From a bacterium (lineage in GTDB: Bacteria > Zhuqueibacterota > Zhuqueibacteria > Zhuqueibacterales > Zhuqueibacteraceae), in the NCBI GenBank assembly GCA_044869275.1, contig JBIOXB010000034.1, positions 32,001 through 96,000 of the forward strand: a DNA stretch of 64,000 nucleotides, given 5' to 3'. Under the pieces are notes generated by a model that saw nothing but the letters and a program-made list of their open reading frames with translations, searched no databases and was not told the DNA's origin. The position numbers and the translations under genes were made by a program. Positions 27,816 to 38,405 of this stretch are shown here, one piece after another (position 1 is the stretch's first letter; every line of letters starts with the position of its first letter).

Positions 27816-29655
27816 TGGTATTCTCCTGGGATAAAATGTCGTTGACGAGGGCGCGCGCTGTGACCGGCAGGCCGGTATAGTAGCGCACGCTGCGCAGCCT
27901 GGGCCCGAGCTCGGCGGCGAGCTCCAAGCGCAACAGGCTGTGCATTTGGCCGTCGCGATTTTGGTCGATGACGTAAATGCGCTCGTGCCGTTTGATGAAG
28001 TCCGAGACTTCGCCGTTGAAGGGAAAAGCGCGCAGGCGCAGATAGCTGGTTTCCAATTGCAATTCGTTCTCCATCATTTCGCGTGCTTCTTGAATCGCGT
28101 AATGGCTGGTGCCGTAGCCGATGATGCCGATTTCGGCAGTGGGTTGCATTTCAATCTCCGGCCGCGGCACATGCGCGCGCGCGGTGTCGAATTTCTTCGC
28201 GAGGCGATCCACGTTTTTGCGATAATCGCCCGGCCGCTCGGAATATTGCGCGCGCTCGTTGTGGCCGCTGCCGCGCGTGAAATACGGCGCCAGGCGGTGT
28301 TTGGTCAGCGGCAGCGTGCGATATGGAATGCCGTCGCCGTCGGCGTCGCGGTAGCGCGCAAACTCGCCGGCCTTTTCCAAATCTGCGGCGGACAAGACTT
28401 TGCCGCGCGCGATCGGCTTCTCCGGATATTCGAAAGCATCGGACATCCACAAATTCATGCCCAGATCCAAATCACTCATCACGAATACCGGCGTTTGAAA
28501 TTTTTCGGCGAGATCGAAAGCTTCGATGGCCATGGCGAAACATTCGGCCACGGAATTGGGCAGCAACATGAGGTGTTTGGTGTCGCCGTGCGAAAGATAC
28601 GCGGTCGATAAAATGTCGCCTTGCATGGTGCGCGTGGGCAAGCCGGTCGAAGGACCGACGCGCTGGATGTCGAAAATGACCACGGGTATTTCCGCGTAAT
28701 AACCCAGGCCCACGAATTCCGACATCAAGGAAATGCCCGGCCCGGAGGTGGAGGTCATGGCGCGTGCGCCGGCCCAGCCCGCGCCCAGAGCCATGCCCAC
28801 CGCGGCCAGTTCATCCTCCGCCTGCACGATGGCAAACGTGGCCTTCTTGGTTTCAGGATCCAAACGATAGCGCTTGGCATAGTCGATGAACGTTTCGCAC
28901 AAGGACGAAGAAGGCGTGATCGGATACCAGGTGGCCACCGTCGCGCCTGCGAACATACAACCGAGCGCCGCTGCGGCATTGCCATCGATAATGAGCTTGC
29001 CCGCGGTCTTGTTCAAACGCTCGACGCGATAAGGGTCCCTTTTGACGAGATTTTTCTCCGCGTAAGCGTAGCCGGCTTTGGCCGCATCCATGTTCATGGC
29101 CGCGGCCTTGGCCTTGCTCTTGAATTGTTTGAGCAGGGCCTTTTCGATTTCCGCCATGTCAATGCCGAGCAAATACGCCAGCACGCCGTCGTAAATCATG
29201 TTGCGTACGAGCTTGCGCAATTTCGGCACGGGACATACGGGCGCGACGAGCTTGTCGAACGGCACGGGATAAAAAATGACGTCCTGGCGCAGCTTGTCGG
29301 AGGCGAGCGGCTCATCAAAAACCACGACGGCACCGGCTTCCGCCGTCATCACGTCTTCGTGCGCAGTGTCGGAATTCATCACCACCAGAATCTCATTGCG
29401 CTCGCGCCGCGCGATGTGACCGTCTTTATTGACGCGTATGGTGAACCAGGTCGGCAAGCCTTGAATATTGGAAGGAAATAAGTTTTTGCCCGAGACCGGA
29501 ATGCCCATCTGAAAGATGGCGCGCAGCAGCACCAAGTTCGAGCTTTGGCTGCCGGTGCCGTTGGCGGTGGCGACGTGGATGCTGAAGTCATTGATGCAGG
29601 GATGGCCATTCCGCGAAAGCGTGCTGGGCGCAGGTGCAGCAGCAACAGGTTCCAC
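27799..29655 (-). CDS. korA: 2-oxoacid:ferredoxin oxidoreductase subunit alpha
   Basis: 'WYPITPSS', 'QAEDELAA', 'TSTSGPGISLM', 'QRVGPSTGLPT'; GGAGAGG RBS before GTG. Confidence 0.92.
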   Translation of the reverse strand: MEPVAAAPAPSTLSRNGHPCINDFSIHVATANGTGSQSSNLVLLRAIFQMGIPVSGKNLFPSNIQGLPTWFTIRVNKDGHIARRERNEILVVMNSDTAHEDVMTAEAGAVVVFDEPLASDKLRQDVIFYPVPFDKLVAPVCPVPKLRKLVRNMIYDGVLAYLLGIDMAEIEKALLKQFKSKAKAAAMNMDAAKAGYAYAEKNLVKRDPYRVERLNKTAGKLIIDGNAAAALGCMFAGATVATWYPITPSSSLCETFIDYAKRYRLDPETKKATFAIVQAEDELAAVGMALGAGWAGARAMTSTSGPGISLMSEFVGLGYYAEIPVVIFDIQRVGPSTGLPTRTMQGDILSTAYLSHGDTKHLMLLPNSVAECFAMAIEAFDLAEKFQTPVFVMSDLDLGMNLWMSDAFEYPEKPIARGKVLSAADLEKAGEFARYRDADGDGIPYRTLPLTKHRLAPYFTRGSGHNERAQYSERPGDYRKNVDRLAKKFDTARAHVPRPEIEMQPTAEIGIIGYGTSHYAIQEAREMMENELQLETSYLRLRAFPFNGEVSDFIKRHERIYVIDQNRDGQMHSLLRLELAAELGPRLRSVRYYTGLPVTARALVNDILSQENTNGSRH

Positions 29656-29829
29656 GATGTTCCTCTCCGAAGATAAACAAGCAATTGAGGTGATTTATAC
29701 CCAAAAACCGCAATGGCAAATCCGCACGGCGAAAGCCATGGCGCTTGCGGCGCGTGTTGCATTTGCAAGAGCAGGTTTTGCAGATGTTCAACAAAGAATT
29801 ATAAAATATAGCGAGGGAAGAGGCGAAAA

Positions 29830-30738
29830 TCAATTCCTTTCTTGAAACATTTCCATTTGATCGGAGCGGGGTCCGGCGGCGATCGCTTCCAATACCGGGA
29901 AACGCCGGCGCAAGTTCTCCGGGATGCGATGGCGCTTGCCCAGCAAGGCGAATTGCAGCTGCAGCGCATTGGCTAGGGACTGGCCTTGGGGGTAATTGTG
30001 GAAAACAATGTAGCACGACCCGGCCCGGTTACTCAAGCTGCGCACCGTGGCGGAAAGATGGGCAATCTCTTCGGGCCCGTAGGCGTAATCATAACGCTCG
30101 TCGCGGCCGGCGCTTTGTGCCAGCCATTTCTGTTGATTGCGGCCGTTCAACCGCAGGTACGCGACATTTTTCTGAACGGCTTCGCGCGGCTCGGGCTGAT
30201 CTGCGTATTGCGGCTGATCCACAAAAGCCACGGCCACGCCGAGCGAAGGCAAGCGCGGCAACAGCGCCGACTGCCGCCAGGAAGCGTGCAACACTTCCAC
30301 CACCACCGGAAATCCCACGAACGCATCCAGCAAGCGCCACAGCCATTCCTCGTTGCTGTTGGTATTTTGGAAGGAAGCGGAGAAGGGCAGGACCAATGCG
30401 CCGAGACGCCGGGATTCTTGCAGAGGCAGCAAACCGCGCTTGACGGTCTCGACGTCCGTTTTCCACGAAGAGGAGCGTTCGCGCACCAGCTTTTCCCACA
30501 CGCGCACGGCAAAATGCAAATGCGGGTTTGCCTGTGTTTGCGCCAGCCAGTATTGCGTGGTTTTGGCGTCGGGAGGATGATAATAGGAAGAAGTGATTTC
30601 GATCACATCGAACAGCCTGCTCAGCGCGGCGATCTCGGAAGGCGCTTCCGGCGCGTTGAGCAAATTCTGCCAATCTGGGTGCGACCAGCCCGCCACACCG
30701 ATGAACAGATTTGGAGCAATCATGAAGGCGGCGCCCAT
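29830..30738 (-). CDS. DUF72 domain protein
   Basis: 'IGVAGWSHPDW', 'IEITSSYYHPP', 'VEVLHASW', 'YLRLNGRN', 'RYDYAY', 'VFHN'. Confidence 0.85.
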   Translation of the reverse strand: MGAAFMIAPNLFIGVAGWSHPDWQNLLNAPEAPSEIAALSRLFDVIEITSSYYHPPDAKTTQYWLAQTQANPHLHFAVRVWEKLVRERSSSWKTDVETVKRGLLPLQESRRLGALVLPFSASFQNTNSNEEWLWRLLDAFVGFPVVVEVLHASWRQSALLPRLPSLGVAVAFVDQPQYADQPEPREAVQKNVAYLRLNGRNQQKWLAQSAGRDERYDYAYGPEEIAHLSATVRSLSNRAGSCYIVFHNYPQGQSLANALQLQFALLGKRHRIPENLRRRFPVLEAIAAGPRSDQMEMFQERN

Positions 30739-30886
30739 GAAGAATCAATAAAACGCGCTTATCATCCTTCTGGTTTTCATTCCTCTTGCCCGCTAAGGTG
30801 GCGGAATATAACAGAAAACCCTGCGCGGCACAAGCGCTTTCTCCCTAAAGTTGCTCTGATTGCGCCACCTCAAATTTCTTGGATTT

Positions 30887-30913
30887 TGGATGCCTGCCTT
30901 GGCAGGCATGACA
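30887..30913. repeat. Short palindromic REP-like element
   Basis: tggATGCCTGCC-tt-GGCAGGCATgaca, a perfect inverted repeat in an intergenic region. Confidence 0.5.
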
Positions 30914-31315
30914 TTAAGAAGGAGTTTTTCGGCAACCCGTTGAACCGCGCCGGTGTTCGTCGCAGACTCACCGCAACTTGAAATGAAATGGCAATACCAC
31001 CCAAACCGCCACCGGCGTATCCTGCTGCAAGGCGGGAATGAAAAGCCACTGCCGCGCAGCTGCAAGCGCCAGTTTTTGAAATCGGAATTTAATCGTGGTT
31101 GCATTTTGCAGGCCGGCGCTAGCACAGGCCATATCATTGCTTCAGAAGCAAGTGTTCACGAATGAGATTGCACGCTCGCCGTCATGGTCGTCCGTCATCG
31201 CAACAAGATGAGTTTTCTGGATTGGGATAATTTTGCGCCAGCCAGAAACGGGTGGGTGATGGTGTTTCTTTGCGGAGCAAATGCTAGCGAGCATGAAGGC
31301 CTTTGTGGGCAAGCA

Positions 31316-32119
31316 TTAGTACAACGCCGAAGAAAACTTGCGGCGATAATTCTGTGTCAGCGCGTGTTCGCTTCCCAAAAATGTGAACAATGCCACGCAG
31401 GCGCGGCGCGCGCCGTCGTCATCCAACTGGCGATTGGTCAGCATGGTTTCGATCCAGGCTTCGAACGCGGCGGCAAAATCGCCGCGGCGCAGAGCTTCGA
31501 TGCCCTGCCAGTATAATTCCCACCCTGGCGCATTCCCGGCCGGCGGGGTGTTTTCCATTTGCAGCAAACGATGCAAAGTCCGCAGCGCTTGCACACGATC
31601 ATACAGCGGGCTGGATTCATCGAGGCCTTCGATAGCAGCCAGCGCTTGCTCAGCATTCTCCAAAAAAACCTGCTCGGCCAGCAATACGCGCGCTTCGAGA
31701 TTCTGGCCGTCTGCTTGGATCGCGCTGTGCAAGAGCTTCCTGGCTTTTTCTCCTTCGCCGCGCGCGAGCGCTGCCTTGGCCTCTTGCAGCTTTGATTTCG
31801 AAGCACTCGGCAAATGCGTCTCCAGCCAGCGTCGCACTTGCGTCTCCGGCAATGCGCCGGTAAATTCCGCGATCATTTCACCCTGATGGAACATTTTCAC
31901 CGCGGGGATGCCGCGAATGCCCCAGGCGGCCGAGAGCTCGGGATTGGCATCGGTGTTGATTTTGACCAAACGCCATTGACCCGAGGCCTGTTTCTCTAAT
32001 TTCTCCAAGACTGGCCCGAGAATCAGACAGGGCTGGCACCATGGCGCCCAGAAATCGACGAGCACCGGCTGTTGCCGGCTGGCCGCAAGGACGTCTTTTT
32101 CAAAGTTTTGCACTTCCAT
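31316..32119 (-). CDS. ybbN: Thioredoxin-TPR chaperedoxin (YbbN/CnoX family)
   Basis: 'VLVDFWAPWCQPC', 'GIRGIPAVK', 'FTGALPE', TPR tail ending 'YRRKFSSALY'. Confidence 0.88.
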   Translation of the reverse strand: MEVQNFEKDVLAASRQQPVLVDFWAPWCQPCLILGPVLEKLEKQASGQWRLVKINTDANPELSAAWGIRGIPAVKMFHQGEMIAEFTGALPETQVRRWLETHLPSASKSKLQEAKAALARGEGEKARKLLHSAIQADGQNLEARVLLAEQVFLENAEQALAAIEGLDESSPLYDRVQALRTLHRLLQMENTPPAGNAPGWELYWQGIEALRRGDFAAAFEAWIETMLTNRQLDDDGARRACVALFTFLGSEHALTQNYRRKFSSALY

Positions 32120-32146
32120 ATCAACATCCGCTTTTTACGAACTTCC

Positions 32147-33355
32147 TCATTCCACTTGGTGGCCCTCAACGAGGGCTGTGGTTTTCGGCGGAAGGCAATT
32201 CTCCTGATCTATGGCCGCCTTGTCACTGACCAATGTTTGGGCCAGTTCCAAATGCGATTTGAATTCTTCGCCATAAATGTCGAGCATGGTCAAAAACAGC
32301 GCCGCAATCACCGGCCCGACGATGAAGCCCATGACGCCAAATAAAGAAATGCCACCCAAGGTCGCGAAGAAAATCATGAGATCGTGCATGCCGCTGTCGC
32401 GGCCGACCAATTTGGGGCGCAGCAGATTGTCGATGTTGCCTATGATCAATGCGCCGATCAAAAGAATCGCCACGCCCTGCCAGGTTTGGCCGATGATGAT
32501 CAGATAAATCGCGACCGGGTATAACACCAGCCACGCCCCCACCATGGGAATGATGGAGAGCAGCACCATCACCATGCCCCACAAAATCGGCGAGCGCACG
32601 CCGAAAGCCCACAACGTCAGCCCGCCGAGCACGCCCTGCAGCAGCGCGATCACCAGCGTGCCCTTGATGGTCGCGCGCGACACCGATACAAAGCGCAAAA
32701 TCAAGGCTTCTTCATAGACTTCATCCAGCGGGATGAGGAATTTCAAGCGCTGAATCAGGGCGGCGCCGTCTTTGAAGAAATAGTACATCGTGAACAGGGT
32801 CACGAACAAATTGGTGATGAGATCGAAGGTGCCTTGCGAGGTTTTGTTGATCACACTCGCCAGAAAAGCGCCGGCGCTGGTGGCAATTTCTTGCAAGGTC
32901 GCCTGCCAATCGACAGTGCTCAGGCCCAGGCGCTGTCCCCAGGTCGAATTCGCGAGCTCGTCCCAGGCGCCGCTGTTTGCTCTGGCCACGATGTCGCGCA
33001 CCCATTGCTCGGCATTTTGGTAAAATGCAATCGCCTCCGTGGCCACGAGATCGGCCAAGAAATACACCGGGATCAGCAAGCCCAACAGCAAAACCACGCA
33101 GCATGCCAGTGCGCTCAGGCTGGCGCGACCGCGGGTGATGGTCATGAAGCGCGCATACAAGGGATAAAATATCGCGGTAAACACCGCGGCCATCAGTACG
33201 GGAACCAAAAACATGCTGATCATCTTAAAGAAGACGATAGTGACGATGATGACCGCCACCAATAAAAACCAGCGGCTGAAGCGTGCCGCTTCCTGGCGCC
33301 GCAATTCTTGCACTTGCGTACCGGGGACCGCCGGTGGCCGCGGAGAATCATTCAT
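32147..33355 (-). CDS. AI-2E family transporter
   Basis: Multiple TM helices; 'YYFFKDG', 'LSIIPMVGA', 'IDNLLRPKLVG', 'GGISLFGVMGFIVGPVI'. Confidence 0.9.
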   Translation of the reverse strand: MNDSPRPPAVPGTQVQELRRQEAARFSRWFLLVAVIIVTIVFFKMISMFLVPVLMAAVFTAIFYPLYARFMTITRGRASLSALACCVVLLLGLLIPVYFLADLVATEAIAFYQNAEQWVRDIVARANSGAWDELANSTWGQRLGLSTVDWQATLQEIATSAGAFLASVINKTSQGTFDLITNLFVTLFTMYYFFKDGAALIQRLKFLIPLDEVYEEALILRFVSVSRATIKGTLVIALLQGVLGGLTLWAFGVRSPILWGMVMVLLSIIPMVGAWLVLYPVAIYLIIIGQTWQGVAILLIGALIIGNIDNLLRPKLVGRDSGMHDLMIFFATLGGISLFGVMGFIVGPVIAALFLTMLDIYGEEFKSHLELAQTLVSDKAAIDQENCLPPKTTALVEGHQVE

Positions 33356-33423
33356 GGTCTTCTCATTCTTTTCAAATCTCCTCTCCCAAACAGCACGAGA
33401 CGCTGGCCTTGCTCACTGTGCAC

Positions 33424-33452
33424 AAAATAGGCGGCGCGCGCAAAAAAGTCAA
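33424..33452 (-). promoter_or_regulatory. Candidate sigma-70 promoter of the AI-2E gene
   Basis: TTGACT-N17-TATTTT on the minus strand; the same box pair occurs before pgk. Confidence 0.4.
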
Positions 33453-33539
33453 TAGCGCAGCATTTGCCGGCATGAGGCCAGCGGAAATCTGCTCGGATCT
33501 GCACATTTAGATTCTTTGTGACTATTCAGCTTAAAAATT

Positions 33540-33629
33540 GCCACAGAAGCACACTGAATCTGATCGATTTTTGAAAATGCTGCCGACACTCACGACTATT
33601 TTTCCTGGTATTCCTTGTGGTTCTGTGGC
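33540..33629. repeat. Small inverted-repeat element
   Basis: gccacagaa ... ttctgtggc 9-bp inverted ends in an intergenic region. Confidence 0.4.
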
Positions 33630-33807
33630 CAGAAATAGTTGAAATCCTTGAGCACGAAGCAGCTTTACAAACAGAGCAAGTTTCTTCCAGCGTCCGCAAA
33701 TCGCGCGGGAAGCTGCCGGGAAAATCCCGCCGAAACCGCCCGCTTCGAGTGTGAGCGGCACGAGCAGAAATTTTAACACAATTCAAATGATGCCTGCGAA
33801 GCCATGC

Positions 33808-33835
33808 TTGACTTTGGCCCCAAAAGAGTTATTTT
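33808..33835 (+). promoter_or_regulatory. Candidate sigma-70 promoter of pgk
   Basis: TTGACT-N16-TATTTT about 100 nt upstream of the ATG. Confidence 0.4.
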
Positions 33836-33933
33836 AAAGCAAGAAAGCGGAACGGGCTTGCGCGCAAGCGGCCAAGAACTTTGCAGAATCTTTCGGCGCA
33901 AATCCGGCTGCATAGAAACCGGAGAAGGAAACG

Positions 33934-35148
33934 ATGGATAAGTTGACGATCGACGACATTGTTTTGAATGAAAAGCGAGTCCTGACGCGAGTGGATTTCA
34001 ATGTGCCCGTGGAAAACGGCGTGGTGACGGACGACACGCGCATTCGCGCCACCCTGCCCACGCTGCAAAAAATTTTCAAAGAAAAAGGCAAGGCGATCTT
34101 GATGTCGCATTTCGGCCGGCCCAAAGGGAAACCTGAGGCCAAATACTCTCTTGCGCCCACCGCAAAAAAACTATCGGAATTGCTCGGGCGCGAAGTGAAA
34201 ATGGCGCCGGATTGCATCGGCGATGAGGTTGAGGCCATAGTGAATGCGATGCAGCCCGGTGAGATGGTCTTGCTGGAAAACGTGCGCTTTCATGCCGAAG
34301 AAGAAAAGAACGATCCGGAATTTTCCAAAAAACTCGCGGCCTTGGGTGAAGTTTATGTGAATGACGCCTTCGGCTCGGCGCATCGCGCCCATGCTTCCAC
34401 GCAGGGTGTGGCGAAAATTCATAAGGACGCAGCCGTGGCCGGATATTTAATGAAAGCGGAATTGACCGCGCTGGGCAAATTGCTGGGCGAAGCGCCGCGG
34501 CCTTATGTCGTCATCCTGGGTGGCGCAAAGGTTTCTGATAAGATCGAAGTGATTCACAATTTGATCACCAAAATCTCTCATTTGCTGATTGGCGGCGGCA
34601 TGGCTTACACCTTTCTCAAAGCCTTGGGCCATGAAATCGGAAATTCCCTGGTGGAAGAGGACAAAATTAGCGTGGCGTTGAACATTATGAAAGTCGCGGA
34701 GTTCTCCAATCCGCGCAAGCCGGTGAAGCTGGAACTGCCGGTGGATCACGTGATCGCGAGCTCGACGGCAGGAACGGATGCGGCTGTTCACAAGGAACGT
34801 CTTGTCCCCGCGGGCAAACTTGCCGGCGATATCGGACCCAAGACCCTCGAGCATTTTCGCGCGATCATCTTGCAAGCCAAAACCATTTTTTGGAACGGCC
34901 CCATGGGCATTTTCGAGAAAGAAGCTTTTGCGGCGGGCACGATGAAAATCGCGGAGGCGGTTGCCGAAGTCACTGGCCGCGGCGCGTTTAGCGTGGTGGG
35001 CGGCGGTGATTCGGTGGCTGCACTTGGCCGCTCGGGGCTGACTTCGAAGATTTCCCATGTCTCCACCGGTGGCGGCGCTTCGCTGGAGTTTTTGGGCGGA
35101 CGTGAACTGCCAGGAGTGGAAGCGTTGACCAAAGCGCCGAAAAAATGA
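33934..35148 (+). CDS. pgk: Phosphoglycerate kinase
   Basis: 'RVDFNVP', 'SHFGRPKG', 'LLENVRF', 'NDAFGSAHRAHAS', 'GGAKVSDKI', 'HVSTGGGASLEFLGG'. Confidence 0.97.
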   Translation: MDKLTIDDIVLNEKRVLTRVDFNVPVENGVVTDDTRIRATLPTLQKIFKEKGKAILMSHFGRPKGKPEAKYSLAPTAKKLSELLGREVKMAPDCIGDEVEAIVNAMQPGEMVLLENVRFHAEEEKNDPEFSKKLAALGEVYVNDAFGSAHRAHASTQGVAKIHKDAAVAGYLMKAELTALGKLLGEAPRPYVVILGGAKVSDKIEVIHNLITKISHLLIGGGMAYTFLKALGHEIGNSLVEEDKISVALNIMKVAEFSNPRKPVKLELPVDHVIASSTAGTDAAVHKERLVPAGKLAGDIGPKTLEHFRAIILQAKTIFWNGPMGIFEKEAFAAGTMKIAEAVAEVTGRGAFSVVGGGDSVAALGRSGLTSKISHVSTGGGASLEFLGGRELPGVEALTKAPKK

Positions 35149-35340
35149 TTTGACAGTTTCAGCTTACGTGAAAAACTTCCCTCCTGCAATTGGGTATTTC
35201 GGTAAATTTTACATGACGCGCTTGGTATGCTCTGCGGCTCGTGGCGAGAGCTGTTTTTGCCAACGCCGCTAAAATCATACGATTATCCAACCTCCCTTCG
35301 CCGCATCGCCGGCTGGCATTGCCCTTGCTTGTTTTCCGGC

Positions 35341-35580
35341 ATGATCAACCCCGAACGCTACATTGGCAAAGTCATTCTGTTTCGGAATGGCGAGCATTTG
35401 CCGACTCATTTTTTCATGCAATATCGCAATGGCCGGTTCTCGTACGTCGCGGAAACCGAGATACTGACGTGCCCGGGCAAACCGCGGCACGGGAGAAAGA
35501 TCGTTTCTTCCGCCGATCGCTTGATAGAGCTCATACGCGCGCATCGCCAAAATGTGGAATCTTTTGCAGTGAGGTCATGA
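35341..35580 (+). CDS. Hypothetical protein
   Basis: Protein-like ORF from MINPERYIGKV; ends 3 nt before the next ORF, whose GAGG RBS lies in its tail. Confidence 0.45.
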   Translation: MINPERYIGKVILFRNGEHLPTHFFMQYRNGRFSYVAETEILTCPGKPRHGRKIVSSADRLIELIRAHRQNVESFAVRS

Positions 35581-35583
35581 CTC

Positions 35584-35793
35584 ATGAAACGAACGGGAAT
35601 ACTCGTAACGATGGCCGCCTTCGTCTTTTTCTTGGTGGCAGGAGCTTATAGCAATCAGGAAGAGCTGGCCGTGCGGCAGCAACAAGAGCAAATGGAAAAA
35701 ATAGGGAGGAAGCTCGAAGAGTTGACCACTCGAGCAAACCAATTGGCTAAACGGATTCGACAGGCAGAGACTATCGTGGAACAGGGGAGATAG
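35584..35793 (+). CDS. Small protein with N-terminal signal/TM segment and coiled coil
   Basis: MKRTGILVTMAAFVFFLVAGAYS followed by a heptad-rich Q/E/K/R tail. Confidence 0.6.
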   Translation: MKRTGILVTMAAFVFFLVAGAYSNQEELAVRQQQEQMEKIGRKLEELTTRANQLAKRIRQAETIVEQGR

Positions 35794-35848
35794 AATCTTC
35801 GACCGGACAGATGAAGCTCATCACAGGCGATTGTGCCTTGCTCCTGAG

Positions 35849-36320
35849 CTATGCGGGGTATGCCGCTGCCGCGGTGGCTTCGCGTGAATTGCTGAGTAGA
35901 ACGGCAGCAACCGCCGCGTGCATCAAGAATACCATTGTCCGCGTCACGAAACGCTCGGCCGGGCCATTCCCAAGGACGATGCCGTCGTCTGAGCTGGGGC
36001 CGAATGTGGCGGTTTGATACTTCAGCACGGCGCGCAGCGTGCGTTCGCCAAAACCGCCATCCCCAATGCCTTCATAAAAAAGTTTGTCCTGCAATGCTTG
36101 CTGCAATTCCTTTGATCAATTCGCCGGAGGAGCCGAAACGCACACGAACCGACAGCGGCATACCCTCGTTCAAGGCCACTTGCAAGGCATCGCGCCCATC
36201 CAATAGCACATCAGGAAAACTGTTTTGTGCCAGTTTACAAGCATTTTCTTTGAAGGCCTTCCAGGGTCCTTCATCAGGAAGATGATGGCGGTCCGCGGTT
36301 TGATTGCGAACTATCAGCAC
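35849..36320 (-). pseudogene. Frameshifted peptidoglycan-binding (PG_binding_1) domain protein remnant
   Basis: 'RVRFGSSGELIK' continues in another frame as 'ELQQALQDKLFYEGIGDGGFGERTLRAVLKYQ...DDGIV'; one extra base near 36110. Confidence 0.65.
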
Positions 36321-36409
36321 AAGAGTATCCCCAATTCTTCGGATGCGAATTGTGGAATTTCATCCAAAGAATGAACCAATCGACGTTGTTTGAGTCGTTT
36401 CTGAGACAT
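36314..36409 (-). pseudogene. Degraded CopG/BrnA-like antitoxin N-terminus
   Basis: Manual translation MSQKRLKQRRLVHSLDEIPQFASEE..; 'EIPxFxSEE' start motif, then frameshift or stop; 8 nt after the BrnT fragment. Confidence 0.55.
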
Positions 36410-36417
36410 AGAATCCC

Positions 36418-36590
36418 CTACTTCTTCTGATACTGGCGGCGCTGGCTCGCGTTCATTTCAACGGCACTGATCGGCCTGATCAAGAAATCGCCATCAATGC
36501 TTTCTTTTAAAACATAGACGATTCTCAAATACTTTCCCGAAGTCGAAGTACGTCCCAACAGGATAAACCGCTTTTCCGATTGCAAAGAAT
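36418..36590 (-). pseudogene. BrnT-family toxin, C-terminal half only
   Basis: 'EKRFILLGRTSTSGKYLRIVYV....IRPISAVEMNASQRRQYQ'; the N-terminal half is missing. Confidence 0.65.
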
Positions 36591-36923
36591 TTAACCAGGC
36601 CTTTGATCCGATCCTTGACACAATGCACACTCGCACAACCCCCGCAAGCGCGCAAAAGTGTAAATGCCCGTGCTATGACCGTCCGACCATTCGAAGCTCA
36701 CGCCGTACCGTCCCACGGGCCGCATTTCTCTCGGCTTGATGTCCGGCGCAATGTCTTTGAGCTCAATCAACCGCTCGCCGGTGATTTCGCTGACACAATG
36801 CGCACATTGGCACGCCAGCCGCAGATGAACAGGATCATAAACGCTCGCGTGCCCGTCGCTCCAAGTGATCGACAAACGGCCGGCATCGAAGGCCGCCTCC
36901 GTCGGAATGGTAGGTTCAGGCAT
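36591..36923 (-). CDS. DUF971 / gamma-butyrobetaine hydroxylase-like N-terminal domain protein
   Basis: 'ITWSDGH', 'LRLACQCAHC', 'VGRYGVSFEWSDGHSTGIYTFARLR'. Confidence 0.88.
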   Translation of the reverse strand: MPEPTIPTEAAFDAGRLSITWSDGHASVYDPVHLRLACQCAHCVSEITGERLIELKDIAPDIKPREMRPVGRYGVSFEWSDGHSTGIYTFARLRGLCECALCQGSDQRPG

Positions 36924-36956
36924 GAAGTTTTCTCACTCACAATTCCTTCAGCGCGC

Positions 36957-38369
36957 TCAGGGAAAGATACCAAGCTCCATATAGCTGCGTGCAACCTTAT
37001 TGATGGCACTGATGAACGCCGCCGTGCGCAAGTCGACCTTGTCGCCGTGCCGCTTTTTGATCTCGCGCATCTCATTGTATGCCGTGATCATGGTTTCCTC
37101 CAGGCCGGAATTGACCAGATCCTCTTCATCCGCGCCGTGCGCGATTTGCTTGAAAATCTCTGTCGGGATTTTTTTGCCGGTGAGTTCTTCCACCGCCTGC
37201 AGGATTTGGCGGTTGACGTTCTCCTCGAAGCGCTTGCCCATACGGCCGAAGCGCACATGCGAAAGGTTCTTCAGCCATTCGAAATAAGAAACGGTGACAC
37301 CGCCGGCGTTGAGAAACATGTCGGGAATGATCAGCACGCCGCGTTGCAGCAGCATTTCATTGGCGTCCGCGGTCAACGGCCCGTTGGCGCCTTCGGCGAT
37401 GATTTTGGCTTTGATCCGCGGCGCATTTTCCGAGCTGATTTGATTCTCCAGTGCGGCCGGAACGATAATGTCGGCTGCCAATTCCAGGGCCGCGGCATTG
37501 CTCGGCAAATTTGCCGCCCCGGGGAAATTCAAAATCGATTTCGTCTCCGTGCGATGCGCCATCACTTTCTCAAGATCGAGGCCCTTGGGATTGTAAATTG
37601 CACCTTCATATTCTGCCAGGCCCACCAGCTCCGCTCCGCCTTCGCGCAAAAATTTGGCGGTATAGTACCCCACGTTGCCCAGGCCCTGGACCACCACGGT
37701 TTTGGCCGCCAGCCCCGGCGCGAGACCGAGCCTTTTCATGTCTTCGGCGTTGTTGCACGCCTCCCGGATCCCGAAATAGACACCACGCCCCGTGGCTTCG
37801 GTGCGGCCGCGCACGCCGCCCTGCGTGAGCGGCTTGCCGGTGACGCTGGCCAGGGAATCGAGCTCGGAATGGATGGCGCTGTAGGTGTCCATCATCCACG
37901 CCATCTCGCGCGGGCCGGTGCCATAATCCGGAGCGGGCACATCGATGCCCGGCCCGATAAAATTCTTTTTCACCAGTTCATAGGCATAACGCCGCGTCAG
38001 CCGTTCCAATTCCGCGTCGGAATAATTTCTCTTTTCGATTTTGATCGCGCCTTTCGCGCCGCCGAAGGGAATATCGACGATCGCGCACTTGTACGTCATC
38101 AACGCGGCCAGGGCCATCACCTCGTCTTCGCTGGCGTTGGGGCTGTAACGCACGCCGCCTTTCACCGGCAATTTGTGATGGCTGTGCTCCGCGCGCCAGC
38201 CATCGATGGCCTCGATCGAGCCATCGTCGCGCTTGAGCGGAAAAGTGATGTGATACACGCTGTTGCAAATCTTGATCTGTTTCAACAAACCGGCGGGATA
38301 TTGGGTGTAAGCTGCTGCTTTGTCAAAATTGCGGTTGACTTGCTCGAAGAATTTGATCTTTTCCGACAT
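36957..38369 (-). CDS. gdhA: Glu/Leu/Phe/Val dehydrogenase (glutamate dehydrogenase)
   Basis: 'KGGVRY', 'MTYKCA', 'PFGGAKGA', 'DVPAPD', '[10 protein letters not shown]', 'QGLGNVG', 'EGANGP', '[12 protein letters not shown]'. Confidence 0.95.
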   Translation of the reverse strand: MSEKIKFFEQVNRNFDKAAAYTQYPAGLLKQIKICNSVYHITFPLKRDDGSIEAIDGWRAEHSHHKLPVKGGVRYSPNASEDEVMALAALMTYKCAIVDIPFGGAKGAIKIEKRNYSDAELERLTRRYAYELVKKNFIGPGIDVPAPDYGTGPREMAWMMDTYSAIHSELDSLASVTGKPLTQGGVRGRTEATGRGVYFGIREACNNAEDMKRLGLAPGLAAKTVVVQGLGNVGYYTAKFLREGGAELVGLAEYEGAIYNPKGLDLEKVMAHRTETKSILNFPGAANLPSNAAALELAADIIVPAALENQISSENAPRIKAKIIAEGANGPLTADANEMLLQRGVLIIPDMFLNAGGVTVSYFEWLKNLSHVRFGRMGKRFEENVNRQILQAVEELTGKKIPTEIFKQIAHGADEEDLVNSGLEETMITAYNEMREIKKRHGDKVDLRTAAFISAINKVARSYMELGIFP

Positions 38370-38405
38370 AAGCGCTCCCTTGCTCGTTTGCGGCCAGGCG
38401 TTCGT

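Noticed and set aside
29706..29750. GGCAAA..GAAA hairpin resembling a c-di-GMP-I riboswitch
   Set aside because: Lacks the GCAAA second-stem context and lies on the strand opposite the downstream oxidoreductase genes.
30793..31315. Short ORFs between DUF72 and ybbN
   Set aside because: No RBS or motif support; one merely translates a palindromic repeat.
33526..33786. Short minus-strand ORFs upstream of pgk
   Set aside because: Overlap promoter-like boxes and an inverted-repeat element; no recognisable protein features.
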